From Gemmatimonadales bacterium (GTDB lineage Bacteria > Gemmatimonadota > Gemmatimonadetes > Gemmatimonadales > GWC2-71-9): DNA of 63,377 nucleotides. How positions within the stretch are numbered: position 1 is the first letter of the stretch; each line of letters begins with the position of its first letter. Positions 41,991-50,337 of this stretch are shown in pieces. Location of the stretch: contig DASWDA010000028.1 of NCBI GenBank assembly GCA_036395695.1, positions 1-63,377 on the forward strand, read 5' to 3'. The translations under genes were made by a program, and so were the position numbers. A model generated the notes under the pieces. It was not told the origin of the DNA and searched no databases. It saw only the letters and a program-made list of their open reading frames with translations.

Positions 41991-42176
41991 ATGCCGGACC
42001 AAACACTTGCCCGTTCGCGCCTCCGCTTCGGACCCAAGAACTACATCGTTCTTGGTGGCGCGGCCGTGTCCCTGGTGCTCGGTTACTGGCTGTTGTCGAA
42101 GGGATCCACAACGCTCGCGCCGGTGCTGCTCGTCCTGGGCTACTGCGTTTTGTTTCCAGTAGGCCTGGCCCTTTAG
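41991..42176 (+). CDS. small two-TM membrane protein (DUF3098-like)
   Basis: 61 aa from ATG 41991. FGPKNYIVLGGAAVSLVLGYWLL and a second hydrophobic helix. Confidence 0.5.
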   Translation: MPDQTLARSRLRFGPKNYIVLGGAAVSLVLGYWLLSKGSTTLAPVLLVLGYCVLFPVGLAL

Positions 42177-42199
42177 CACCTCCGCCCCCCCAATGGCAC

Positions 42200-42273
42200 G
42201 GGCGAATAGCTCAGCGGTTCAGAGCGCCTGCCTTACACGCAGGATGTCGGGGGTTCGAATCCCTCTTCGCCCA
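42200..42273 (+). tRNA. tRNA-Val (UAC anticodon)
   Basis: Hand-folded: acceptor GGGCGAA/TTCGCCC, D arm GCTC-AGCGGTTCA-GAGC, anticodon arm CCTGC-CTTACAC-GCAGG, T arm GGGGG-TTCGAAT-CCCTC. Confidence 0.9.
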
Positions 42274-42308
42274 TTGGTGTAGCAGCCTCTTACGGAGGAA
42301 CGAACAGA

Positions 42309-44129
42309 GTGAGAGCGCTTCAATTCGCCGTGGCTCTAACGGTCGGTGTTGCGATCACGGCAGCCGCACAGCTCGCCGCGCCGCAACAGCCGAGCGAACG
42401 ACTCCTCATCCTGCCGCTCATGTGGGGCACCTCGGCCGATTCGGCCAGCGCCATCACGCTCTCGGACGCCGTCCGGGACCGCGTGACGCAGCTCGTCAAG
42501 AACAAAATCATGGTGGTGACCAAGGCAAAGCTGTGCGAAGCGCTCGCGCAGTCGGGATTCCCCTGCAACGGTCTGCTCGACGATCAGCAGGCGAAGCAGC
42601 TCGCCCGGTTCCTGCAAGTGCACGCCTACGTGACCGGCGCGTACGCGAAAAGCGGCGCGAATCTGACGGCCGATGTGCAGATGATCGACATCGCCAGCTC
42701 GGGGATCGCGGGACGCTTCACGGCGACGAACGGGAATCCGGGCACCGCGGCCGCCCTCGCCGAGATCATCGCGCAACACATCGCGACGACGGTGCGGCTC
42801 AGCGAAGGGGTCCGCAACTGCAACGATGAGCGGAAGAAGGGCCGGTTCGCGCAGGCCCGCGCCGAAGCACAGAAGGCATTGACCATCGATCCGAATTCCA
42901 CCGGGGCGTATCTGTGTATCGCCACGATCTTCGAGGCAATGCGCGCGCCGATCGACAGCGTCATCGCCGCGTCGGTTCTCGCGCTCAAGGGCGATTCGTG
43001 TAACGGGACGGCGTGGGAGAAGATCGCCAGCGGTTATCAGCAGAAGGGCGACAGCGTGCGGGCTCTCGATGCCTACATCAGTCAGCTCTGCGGTGAGCCT
43101 CGCAACACGCAGAAGCGGTTGGGGATCGCGCAGCTGGCCAGACAGATGAAGAAGCCGGAGCGCGCGGTCGACGTCGTGAACGACGGGCTCAAGTTAACCC
43201 CCGGCGATCCGCAGCTGCTCGACATGAAGCTGACGATTTGCACCGAGTCCAGCAATTTCAAATGCGCGCTCGACGTGTGGGCCGCCAAGGCGGATCGCGA
43301 TAGCGCGCTGTTCGGCGACACGATGTTCCTGAAGCCCGCGCTGGGAGCGGCGCAACAGGTCGCCGATACCCAGGTGCTCCTACGCTTCACCAAGGGCGCC
43401 TATCAGCACTTCCCCAACAATCCGATCTACATTCGGGCGCGCGCCGGTGCCTTCGAGCTGGCGGGGCAAACCGACTCCGCGATCGGGTACTACCGAAAAG
43501 CGCTGGTCATCGAGCCGAACGACATCGGGACCAGCCTGCAGATCGGCAAGACCCTGATCGACCGCGCGGTCTACGACACGGCCACGGCGCGCCGGCTGCG
43601 AGAGGCCAAGGACACGGTTGGGTTACGGCGGCTGCAGGAAGCCTTTGCCGTCCGCGTGGATTCCGCTCGCCCCTTGCTCCGGCCGGGCCTCGCCTCGGCC
43701 GACTCGGGTCAGCGGCTCGCGGCCGCGGTGATCATGCTGACCGGCGGATCCAAGCTTGCCCAGGCCGCCGCGTATGACGCGGCCTATCGCTGGCTCGATT
43801 CGTTGCTCACGATCGTCGCGCCGAAAACCCCCACGGACACCTTGGGGCCGAAATACCAGGTGCGGATCAACGCGAGCTTCTGGTACGGGCTGTCGTCGGT
43901 GCTGACGCTGACGGGACCGTATACCAGGATGACCAAGGCCAAAGGCCCGGAGCGATGCACAGAAGCGCGCAGCGTGTTCGATCGGCTGTCGAAAACCAAG
44001 GCCGCGATGCTGCTGGGCCGGCGCGTGCACCCGCCCACGGCGGACCAGATGCTCAACTTCGTAGCCCAGTACGAAAAGGCGAAGCCATCGGTACAGGCGG
44101 CGTTCAAATGCCGGCCGCCGTTGAATTGA
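42309..44129 (+). CDS. secreted TPR-repeat protein
   Basis: Signal-like N-terminus MRALQFAVALTVGVAITAAAQ. TPR-like units (e.g. AIGYYRKALVIEPND). GGAGGA lies 11 nt upstream of GTG 42309. Confidence 0.62.
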   Translation: MRALQFAVALTVGVAITAAAQLAAPQQPSERLLILPLMWGTSADSASAITLSDAVRDRVTQLVKNKIMVVTKAKLCEALAQSGFPCNGLLDDQQAKQLARFLQVHAYVTGAYAKSGANLTADVQMIDIASSGIAGRFTATNGNPGTAAALAEIIAQHIATTVRLSEGVRNCNDERKKGRFAQARAEAQKALTIDPNSTGAYLCIATIFEAMRAPIDSVIAASVLALKGDSCNGTAWEKIASGYQQKGDSVRALDAYISQLCGEPRNTQKRLGIAQLARQMKKPERAVDVVNDGLKLTPGDPQLLDMKLTICTESSNFKCALDVWAAKADRDSALFGDTMFLKPALGAAQQVADTQVLLRFTKGAYQHFPNNPIYIRARAGAFELAGQTDSAIGYYRKALVIEPNDIGTSLQIGKTLIDRAVYDTATARRLREAKDTVGLRRLQEAFAVRVDSARPLLRPGLASADSGQRLAAAVIMLTGGSKLAQAAAYDAAYRWLDSLLTIVAPKTPTDTLGPKYQVRINASFWYGLSSVLTLTGPYTRMTKAKGPERCTEARSVFDRLSKTKAAMLLGRRVHPPTADQMLNFVAQYEKAKPSVQAAFKCRPPLN

Positions 44130-44171
44130 CCTCCCCCCGGGTCTATATTCCGGCGCTCCGTAAGGGGCTTT

Positions 44172-44245
44172 GGGGCTGTAGCTCAGCTGGTTAGAGTGCC
44201 GGTCTGTCACACCGGAGGTCGCGGGTTCGAGCCCCGTCAGCCCCG
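44172..44245 (+). tRNA. tRNA-Asp (GUC anticodon)
   Basis: Hand-folded: acceptor GGGGCTG/CAGCCCC, D arm GCTC-AGCTGGTTA-GAGT, anticodon arm CCGGT-CTGTCAC-ACCGG, T arm GCGGG-TTCGAGC-CCCGT. Confidence 0.9.
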
Positions 44246-44263
44246 CCTCAAGGTTCCGACCGC

Positions 44264-44301
44264 AAACCCCCGCCCCTTTGTGGCGGGGGTTTTCTTATTT
44301 T
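44264..44301 (+). terminator. rho-independent terminator after tRNA-Asp
   Basis: AAACCCCCGCC, 7-nt loop, GGCGGGGGTTT, followed by TTTTCTTATTTT. Confidence 0.78.
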
Positions 44302-44306
44302 GGAGC

Positions 44307-45263
44307 GTGCCCACGGCCGCCTCAGGCTCCTCGATTCACTACCACACCCCGGTCCTTGCCGCGGCGGTGAGAGAGTGGGCGCGGGGCGGCACCCGCGCGG
44401 TCGACGCGACGCTCGGCGGCGGCGGCCACGCCGCGATCCTGCGGGACGCAGGGGCGAAAGTCCTGGGCCTCGATCGCGATCCCGAGGCAATCGCCGCCGC
44501 GCAGAGTCGTTTGGGTACTGACATCGAATATCTCGAAGCGTCGTTTGCCGCCCGTACCGCGCTTGCCGCCATTGCAGCGTTCCACCCCGACCGCATTCTC
44601 CTCGACCTCGGTGTCAGCTCGCATCAACTCGACACGCCGGATCGCGGCTTCACCTTCCGGCCCGGCACCCCGCTCGATATGCGGATGCGGGGCAAGGGGA
44701 TGAGGGAAGGAGAAAAGGGAATAACCGCGCGAGATGTCCTGAACACCTGGCCGGTTGAGCGGCTGGGCGCGGTGTTTACGGACTACGCGGACGAACGACG
44801 CGGGCGTGCGCTGGCGAGAGAGGTCATCAGGCGCCGCCTCACTGCCGCCTTTGTGATCAGCGACGATTTCGTGAACGCGATTCGGGCGGTTTTGGGGCCG
44901 CGCTCGGGGCCGCCCGATTTCGCGCGCCTGTTTCAGGCGCTCCGCATCGCCGTGAATGAGGAGCTCGACGCGCTGACGACGGCGTTGCCGGCACTGCGCG
45001 ATGCGCTCGTGCCGGCCGGCCGCCTGGGAGTGATTACGTACCACTCCGGGGAAGACCGCATCGTGAAGCACGCGTTTCGGGAGTGGGGCCGGGAGTGCAT
45101 CTGTCCGCCCCGCCAGCCGGTGTGCACGTGCCGCGGCCGGGCGCTGGGTCGTGTGCTGACCAAGAAGCCGATCGCTCCTCCATCCGACGAAATCGCGTCC
45201 AATCCCCGCGCGCGATCGGCCCGGTTCCGGGCCTTCGAAACTGCGGCGGCAGATGACGTTTAG
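44307..45263 (+). CDS. rsmH: 16S rRNA (cytosine1402-N4)-methyltransferase RsmH (MraW)
   Basis: HTPVL, DATLGGGGH, LGVSSHQLD, PLDMRM and ITYHSGEDRIVK blocks. The track start at 44196 lies inside the tRNA, so GTG 44307 is used. Confidence 0.85.
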   Translation: MPTAASGSSIHYHTPVLAAAVREWARGGTRAVDATLGGGGHAAILRDAGAKVLGLDRDPEAIAAAQSRLGTDIEYLEASFAARTALAAIAAFHPDRILLDLGVSSHQLDTPDRGFTFRPGTPLDMRMRGKGMREGEKGITARDVLNTWPVERLGAVFTDYADERRGRALAREVIRRRLTAAFVISDDFVNAIRAVLGPRSGPPDFARLFQALRIAVNEELDALTTALPALRDALVPAGRLGVITYHSGEDRIVKHAFREWGRECICPPRQPVCTCRGRALGRVLTKKPIAPPSDEIASNPRARSARFRAFETAAADDV

Positions 45264-45540
45264 AGGCCGTCACTGGATCGCGTTCTGGCTCGTCGCGCTG
45301 CTCGCGGCGCTCTGGCTCGTCATCGCCCGGCAAACCTCCGCCCTCAATTCGGCGCGCGCCCTGGCGGACCTGCGTGAAGAGCGCGCGGCGTTGGAAGGCC
45401 GCCGTGCCGATCTCGATCGGAGGGTGCGGACCGCGCAGAGCCGGGCGGTGCTGTTGCCGCGGGCACGAAAGCAGGGGCTCCGGCTCCCCGCTGATACGGA
45501 GATCATCCTCATTCCCGCTCCCGCACGGGCCCCGAACTGA
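45253..45540 (+). CDS. ftsL: FtsL-like cell-division protein
   Basis: 95 aa with a single TM (WIAFWLVALLAALWLVIA) followed by coiled coil. Sits in the canonical position between rsmH and ftsI. Confidence 0.62.
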   Translation: MTFRGRHWIAFWLVALLAALWLVIARQTSALNSARALADLREERAALEGRRADLDRRVRTAQSRAVLLPRARKQGLRLPADTEIILIPAPARAPN

Positions 45541-47495
45541 TGGCGAAGCCCCTCGTACGCCTTCGCGTTGTCGAGATCGGTCTCGCTGCCGGGCTGGTGG
45601 CGCTCGTGCTGCGGGCGGCGCAGGTGCAGCTCGTCGAGGGCCACAAGTACGCCGCGGCCGCCAGGGCGCAGCGCACCGAGCGGGTCGTGCTCGACGCGCG
45701 GCGCGGTACGCTGTTCGATCGCCACGGTCTCGGTCTCGCGCTGACCCAGGAGACCTATCACGTTGGTATCGCGCCCAACGAGCTGCGCGATCCGGCACGC
45801 GACGCCGCGACGATCGCGCGCCAGCTGCGGGTCGCGCTGCGGGACGTGGAGCGCGGGCTGCGCCGCCGCTATGCGTGGTTCGCCGGGCCCTTCACGACGG
45901 CCGACGTGCAGCCACTGCGCACGACCCGGGGCGTCCATCTCGAGCCCGTGCTGCGCCGCTTCTACCCGTCGGCCGAGTTCGCGCGGGCGGTGATAGGGAG
46001 GGTGGGGGAGGATGGTCGAGGTGGTGGAGGTGGTGGAGGAGGGCTGGAGCGGCTCCTCGACAGTCTGCTGGCCGGCACGCCTGGTGCCGCCGTGGTACTC
46101 AAGGATCGGTCGGGCCGTGAGTACGAATCGCCCGCCCGCGTGATTGCCGAGCCGGTGGCGGGCAACGACGTCGTCCTGACGCTCGATGCCGAGCTTCAGG
46201 AAATCGCGCAGCGCGCGCTCGATGATGCGATCGACAATATGCAGGCCGATGGCGGCGACGTCGTGATGCTCGATCCTCAATCCGGTGAAGTCCTCGCCGT
46301 CGCGTCCCGGCGCGCGGACGGCAGCATGCGACCCAGCGCGTTCACCGAGACGTTCGAGCCGGGATCGCTCGCCAAGATCTTCGCAGCGGCCGCGCTCATC
46401 ACGTACAATCGCGTGCGGCCGGGCGAGCACGTGTCGGGAGAGGGAGGGCGCTACCGGCTGCCCGATCGCGTGGTCACCGACGAGCATCCGTTGCCCTCGC
46501 TGACGCTGGCGGACGCGATTCGGGTGTCGAGCAACATCGCGCTCGTGAAGTTCGCGGCACGCCTGCACCCCAACGAGCAGTACGGGGTGCTCCGCGCGTT
46601 CGGGTTCGGGGCACCGACCGGCGTCGAATTTCCCGCCGAGTCGCCGGGGCGGCTGCGCCCGCCCCGGGAGTGGTCGCGACCCAGTTCCGCGAGCCTCGCG
46701 ATCGGCTACGAGCTGGCGGTCACGCCGATCCAGCTGGCCGCGGCCTACGGTGCCATCGCCAACAACGGCGTGCTGCTCGAGCCGACGCTGATTCGCGAGA
46801 TCCGCGCTCCCAACGGCACGGTGCGCTACCGGCACCGCGCGGAGCCGGTGCGCCGGGTAATATCCCCGGAGGTCGCGGCCAAGCTGCGTGACCTCCTGCG
46901 CGGCGTCGTGGAGCAGGCGGGAGGGACCGGTGAGCGGGCCGCGCTCGCCAATTTTCAACTTGCCGCAAAGACCGGCACGGCGCGGCGCGTCGTCGGCGGC
47001 CACTACGCCGCGGGACAGTACACCGCGTCGTTCGCCGCGCTGTTTCCCGCCGATGAGCCGCAGCTCGTGGTCGTGATGAAAATCGACAATCCCCAGAAGG
47101 GCAGTTACTTCGCGGCGCAGACGGCCGCGCCGGTCACGCGTTCGATGCTGGAGCAGGCGCTTGCCGCCCGTACCGTGGCGCTCGATCGCGCCCGGCTCTC
47201 CAACGTGGCGGCCACCGCCGACCACGCGCGCCTCGATGAGCCCGACGGCGTCGTGCCCTACGTCGTCCCGTGGCCATACGCCCGGGACACGGCAGCGACC
47301 GAGCCGGACCGGATCATCCCCAACGTGACCGGTCAGCCCCTGCGCGAGGCGATCCGTGCGTTGCATCGGCGTGGCTTCCAGGTCGTGGTCAAAGGCTGGG
47401 GCGTCATTCACCACACCTGGCCGGCGCACGGGGAACATGCGGCGCCGGGCACGACGATCACGGTATTCGCCGAACCTCCTCCCGTCAGGCGATGA
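45540..47495 (+). CDS. ftsI: class B penicillin-binding protein (FtsI/PBP3-like) with C-terminal PASTA domain
   Basis: Transpeptidase motifs (SLAKIF region, SSN, KTGT). The C-terminal IPNVTGQPLREAIRALHRRGFQVVVKG block is PASTA-like. Confidence 0.9.
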   Translation: MAKPLVRLRVVEIGLAAGLVALVLRAAQVQLVEGHKYAAAARAQRTERVVLDARRGTLFDRHGLGLALTQETYHVGIAPNELRDPARDAATIARQLRVALRDVERGLRRRYAWFAGPFTTADVQPLRTTRGVHLEPVLRRFYPSAEFARAVIGRVGEDGRGGGGGGGGLERLLDSLLAGTPGAAVVLKDRSGREYESPARVIAEPVAGNDVVLTLDAELQEIAQRALDDAIDNMQADGGDVVMLDPQSGEVLAVASRRADGSMRPSAFTETFEPGSLAKIFAAAALITYNRVRPGEHVSGEGGRYRLPDRVVTDEHPLPSLTLADAIRVSSNIALVKFAARLHPNEQYGVLRAFGFGAPTGVEFPAESPGRLRPPREWSRPSSASLAIGYELAVTPIQLAAAYGAIANNGVLLEPTLIREIRAPNGTVRYRHRAEPVRRVISPEVAAKLRDLLRGVVEQAGGTGERAALANFQLAAKTGTARRVVGGHYAAGQYTASFAALFPADEPQLVVVMKIDNPQKGSYFAAQTAAPVTRSMLEQALAARTVALDRARLSNVAATADHARLDEPDGVVPYVVPWPYARDTAATEPDRIIPNVTGQPLREAIRALHRRGFQVVVKGWGVIHHTWPAHGEHAAPGTTITVFAEPPPVRR

Positions 47496-48961
47496 GATCT
47501 TTGAAAGAGATTGTGGACGCGCTGGCGCATGCCGGCGTCCTGGTCGACGCGCCCGACGCGCTGCCGGAGATCACGGGCCTGACGGCGGATGCGCGACGCC
47601 TCGAGCGCGGCATGCTGTTTTGCGCCGTGCGCGGCGCGGTGCTCGACGGTCACAGTTTTGTCGCGGACGCCGCGGCGCGCGGCGCGGCAGCGGCGCTGGT
47701 CGAGTCGCGACAGTCGGTCGGGATTCCGCAGATCGTGGTCCAGAGCGGGGGCGGACGGCGCGCCGCGGCGATTGCCGCCGAAGCGTGGTATGGCCGGCCC
47801 GCGGCACGGCTGCAGCTCGTCGGTGTGACGGGAACGAACGGCAAGACGACTTCGGTCATTCTCGCGCGACACGTGCTGAGCGCCCTGTGGCCGATGGGGG
47901 CGATCGGGACGCTCGGCGCGTTCGATCCGGCGGGGGCGCCGGTCGAAAGCGAGGCCGGGAATCTGACGACGCCCGGTCCGATCGACCTCCAGGCGACGCT
48001 CGCGGCCATGGTAGACCGCGGCGCGGCCGGCGTCGCGATGGAAGTGTCGTCCCACAGTCTCGATCAGGGCCGCGTCGATGGCCTCGTGTTTCAAGCCGCC
48101 ATTTTCACCAACCTGACGCGCGACCACCTCGACTATCACGAGACGTTCGAGGCCTACTTCGCCGCCAAAGCCAGGCTCGTCGGATACCTCGCCGCCGATG
48201 CCGGTCTGGCGGTGATCAACGCGGACGACGCCGCCTGGGCCCGGCTCCCGCGCACGCCGCGGCGGATCACATTTTCCGCCACCGGCCAGACCGCTGACGT
48301 GACGGCGCGGGACGTGCGCGTGGATTCCAAGGGAGCGCGCTTCACGCTGGTGACGAAGCAGGGAAGTCACCCCGTGGCGCTGCCGCTGCTCGGGCGGTTC
48401 AACGTCGCGAACGCGGTGGGGGTCGCGGCCTGTGCCGTGGGCCTCGCCGTCCAGCCCCGCGTGGTTGCCGAGCGCCTCTCGACGTCGCCCCAGGTGCCCG
48501 GCCGCATGGAGCGGATCGCGGCCGACCCTTGCGTGATTCTGCGCGACTACGCGCACACCCCCGACGCGCTCGAGCGGGCGCTCGAAACGATCCGCGAAGT
48601 GACGTCGCCCAAAGGCCGGGTGATCGTCGTGTTCGGAGCCGGCGGGGACCGCGACCGCGGCAAGCGGGCTCCCATGGGTGAAATCGCCGTCCGCCTGGCC
48701 GACGTCGCGATCGCGACGTCGGACAATCCGCGGACTGAGGATCCCGAGCGGATTTTGGACGACGTCGAGGCCGGGATGACGGCGCGGCAGCACTATCGGG
48801 TCGTCGACCGGCGCGCGGCCATCGGCCAGGCGCTCGAGCTGGCGCGCCAGGGCGACACGATCCTGCTCGCGGGTAAGGGCCACGAGACCTATCAGGTCGT
48901 CGGCACGACCAAAGAGCCGTTCGACGAGCGGGAAGTAGTCCGCAGCCTGGGGGCGAACTGA
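47492..48961 (+). CDS. murE: UDP-N-acetylmuramoyl-L-alanyl-D-glutamate--2,6-diaminopimelate ligase
   Basis: GVTGTNGKTT P-loop and a DNPR motif (TSDNPRTEDP). ATG 47492 overlaps the ftsI stop. Confidence 0.93.
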   Translation: MRSLKEIVDALAHAGVLVDAPDALPEITGLTADARRLERGMLFCAVRGAVLDGHSFVADAAARGAAAALVESRQSVGIPQIVVQSGGGRRAAAIAAEAWYGRPAARLQLVGVTGTNGKTTSVILARHVLSALWPMGAIGTLGAFDPAGAPVESEAGNLTTPGPIDLQATLAAMVDRGAAGVAMEVSSHSLDQGRVDGLVFQAAIFTNLTRDHLDYHETFEAYFAAKARLVGYLAADAGLAVINADDAAWARLPRTPRRITFSATGQTADVTARDVRVDSKGARFTLVTKQGSHPVALPLLGRFNVANAVGVAACAVGLAVQPRVVAERLSTSPQVPGRMERIAADPCVILRDYAHTPDALERALETIREVTSPKGRVIVVFGAGGDRDRGKRAPMGEIAVRLADVAIATSDNPRTEDPERILDDVEAGMTARQHYRVVDRRAAIGQALELARQGDTILLAGKGHETYQVVGTTKEPFDEREVVRSLGAN

Positions 48962-50337
48962 TGGGGGCTCGGGGCTCGGGGCTCGGGACTGGGCGGTCAT
49001 GGACCAGCGACGAAGTCGCTGCCGCGCTCGGCGTGCCCTCGCCCGCCAAGCTCCGGTTTTCGGCAATCTCCACTGACACCAGACACCTGACACCAGGCAC
49101 CCTTTTTGTCGCTCTCAAAGGAGAAAAGTTCGACGCGCACAACTTCCTCGACAAAGCCAAAGCAGCCGGCGCCACGGCCGCCGTCGTGCGTCGCGGCACT
49201 CCGAAGGTGGACGGGCTGGCCTTTTTTGAAGTGGACGACACGCTCACCGCGCTCGGGCTGCTCGCGCGCGCGCGGCGCCGCATGTTCCCCGACGGGACGC
49301 CGGTTGTCGCGATCACCGGATCGAGCGGCAAGACGAGCACCAAGGAGATGATTCGCGCGGCGTTGGGCGCCCGCTACCGCGTCCATGCGACCGCGGCCAA
49401 TCTCAACAATCTGATCGGCGTCCCGTTGACGATCCTCAGTGCCCCGGAAAACACGGAGGCGCTGGTGGTCGAAGCGGGGGCGAGCGTGCCGGGCGAGATC
49501 GCCCGGCTGCGCGACATCATCGAGCCGACGATCGCCGTGATCACGAACGTCGGCTACGCCCACGTCGAGGGTTTCGGGTCGCTCGAAGGCGTGATGGCCG
49601 AGAAGCTGTCGTTGCTCGATCGCGTGCCCGTGGCCGTGCTTGGCTCCGGGCCCGAAGCGATGTGGCCCGAAGCGCGCCGCCGGACGCAGGTGATCCCGGC
49701 CGCGCTGCACGGCAAGAGCGCCGACGACAGCTTACTCGACCGCTACCTCGACAAGGACGGGCATCCCCAGCTGTCGCTCGATTCCGGGGAAAAGGTGACC
49801 CTGCCGGCGCTTGGCATCCATCAGCTCGAGAACGCCCAGATCGCGCTGGCCGTGGCGCAGCGTGCCGGGGTGGAGCACGACGCCGCCGTGCGCGCGCTCG
49901 CCGGGCTCCAGCTGCCGGAGGGGCGGGGCAACGTGCGGGAGATCGGCGACATGGTGGTGATCGACGACACCTACAACGCCAACCCCGCCTCGATGCGCCG
50001 GGCCGTGCAGACGGCGGACTGGCTGGCGCGGCGGCAGCGCCGGCCGCTGGTGGTGGTCGTGGGCACGATGTTGGAGTTAGGGCCGGAAAGTGCAAGATTG
50101 CACGCCGAAGCGGCGCGCGAAATCGCCCAGCGCAAGCCGGCGCTCGTGGCGGCGGTGGGCACGTTTGCGCGCGTGTTCGAGGGGCAGCGAGAGGCGCTCG
50201 GAGGCCGGCTCATTACGGCCGCCGACGCGGACGCCCTCGGACCGAAGTTGAAATCGGCGTTGCGTGGGAACGAGCTGGTGTTGCTCAAAGCGTCACGGGG
50301 AGTGGCCTTGGAACGTGTCCTCAACTACCTGACCTGA
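48961..50337 (+). CDS. murF: UDP-N-acetylmuramoyl-tripeptide--D-alanyl-D-alanine ligase
   Basis: ISTDTRHLTPGTLFVALKGEKFDAHNF, ITGSSGKTSTKE and DDTYNANP blocks. Start shares 1 nt with the murE stop (TGATG). Confidence 0.9.
   Translation: MGARGSGLGTGRSWTSDEVAAALGVPSPAKLRFSAISTDTRHLTPGTLFVALKGEKFDAHNFLDKAKAAGATAAVVRRGTPKVDGLAFFEVDDTLTALGLLARARRRMFPDGTPVVAITGSSGKTSTKEMIRAALGARYRVHATAANLNNLIGVPLTILSAPENTEALVVEAGASVPGEIARLRDIIEPTIAVITNVGYAHVEGFGSLEGVMAEKLSLLDRVPVAVLGSGPEAMWPEARRRTQVIPAALHGKSADDSLLDRYLDKDGHPQLSLDSGEKVTLPALGIHQLENAQIALAVAQRAGVEHDAAVRALAGLQLPEGRGNVREIGDMVVIDDTYNANPASMRRAVQTADWLARRQRRPLVVVVGTMLELGPESARLHAEAAREIAQRKPALVAAVGTFARVFEGQREALGGRLITAADADALGPKLKSALRGNELVLLKASRGVALERVLNYLT
48964..48998. 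repeat. G-rich tandem heptamer array at the murF 5' end
   Basis: GGGGCTC GGGGCTC GGGGCTC GGGACTG GGCGGTC. Encodes GARGSGLGTGR. Confidence 0.8.
49075..49102. repeat. second tandem heptamer array in murF
   Basis: GACACCA GACACCT GACACCA GGCACCC. Overlies the conserved DTRHLTPGT motif and uses locally atypical AGA, ACA and CCA codons. Confidence 0.75.

Noticed and set aside
44196-44306. Track start of the rsmH ORF at ATG 44196.
   Set aside because: That ATG lies inside tRNA-Asp, and the ORF would read through the terminator hairpin. The conserved RsmH sequence begins only after GTG 44307.
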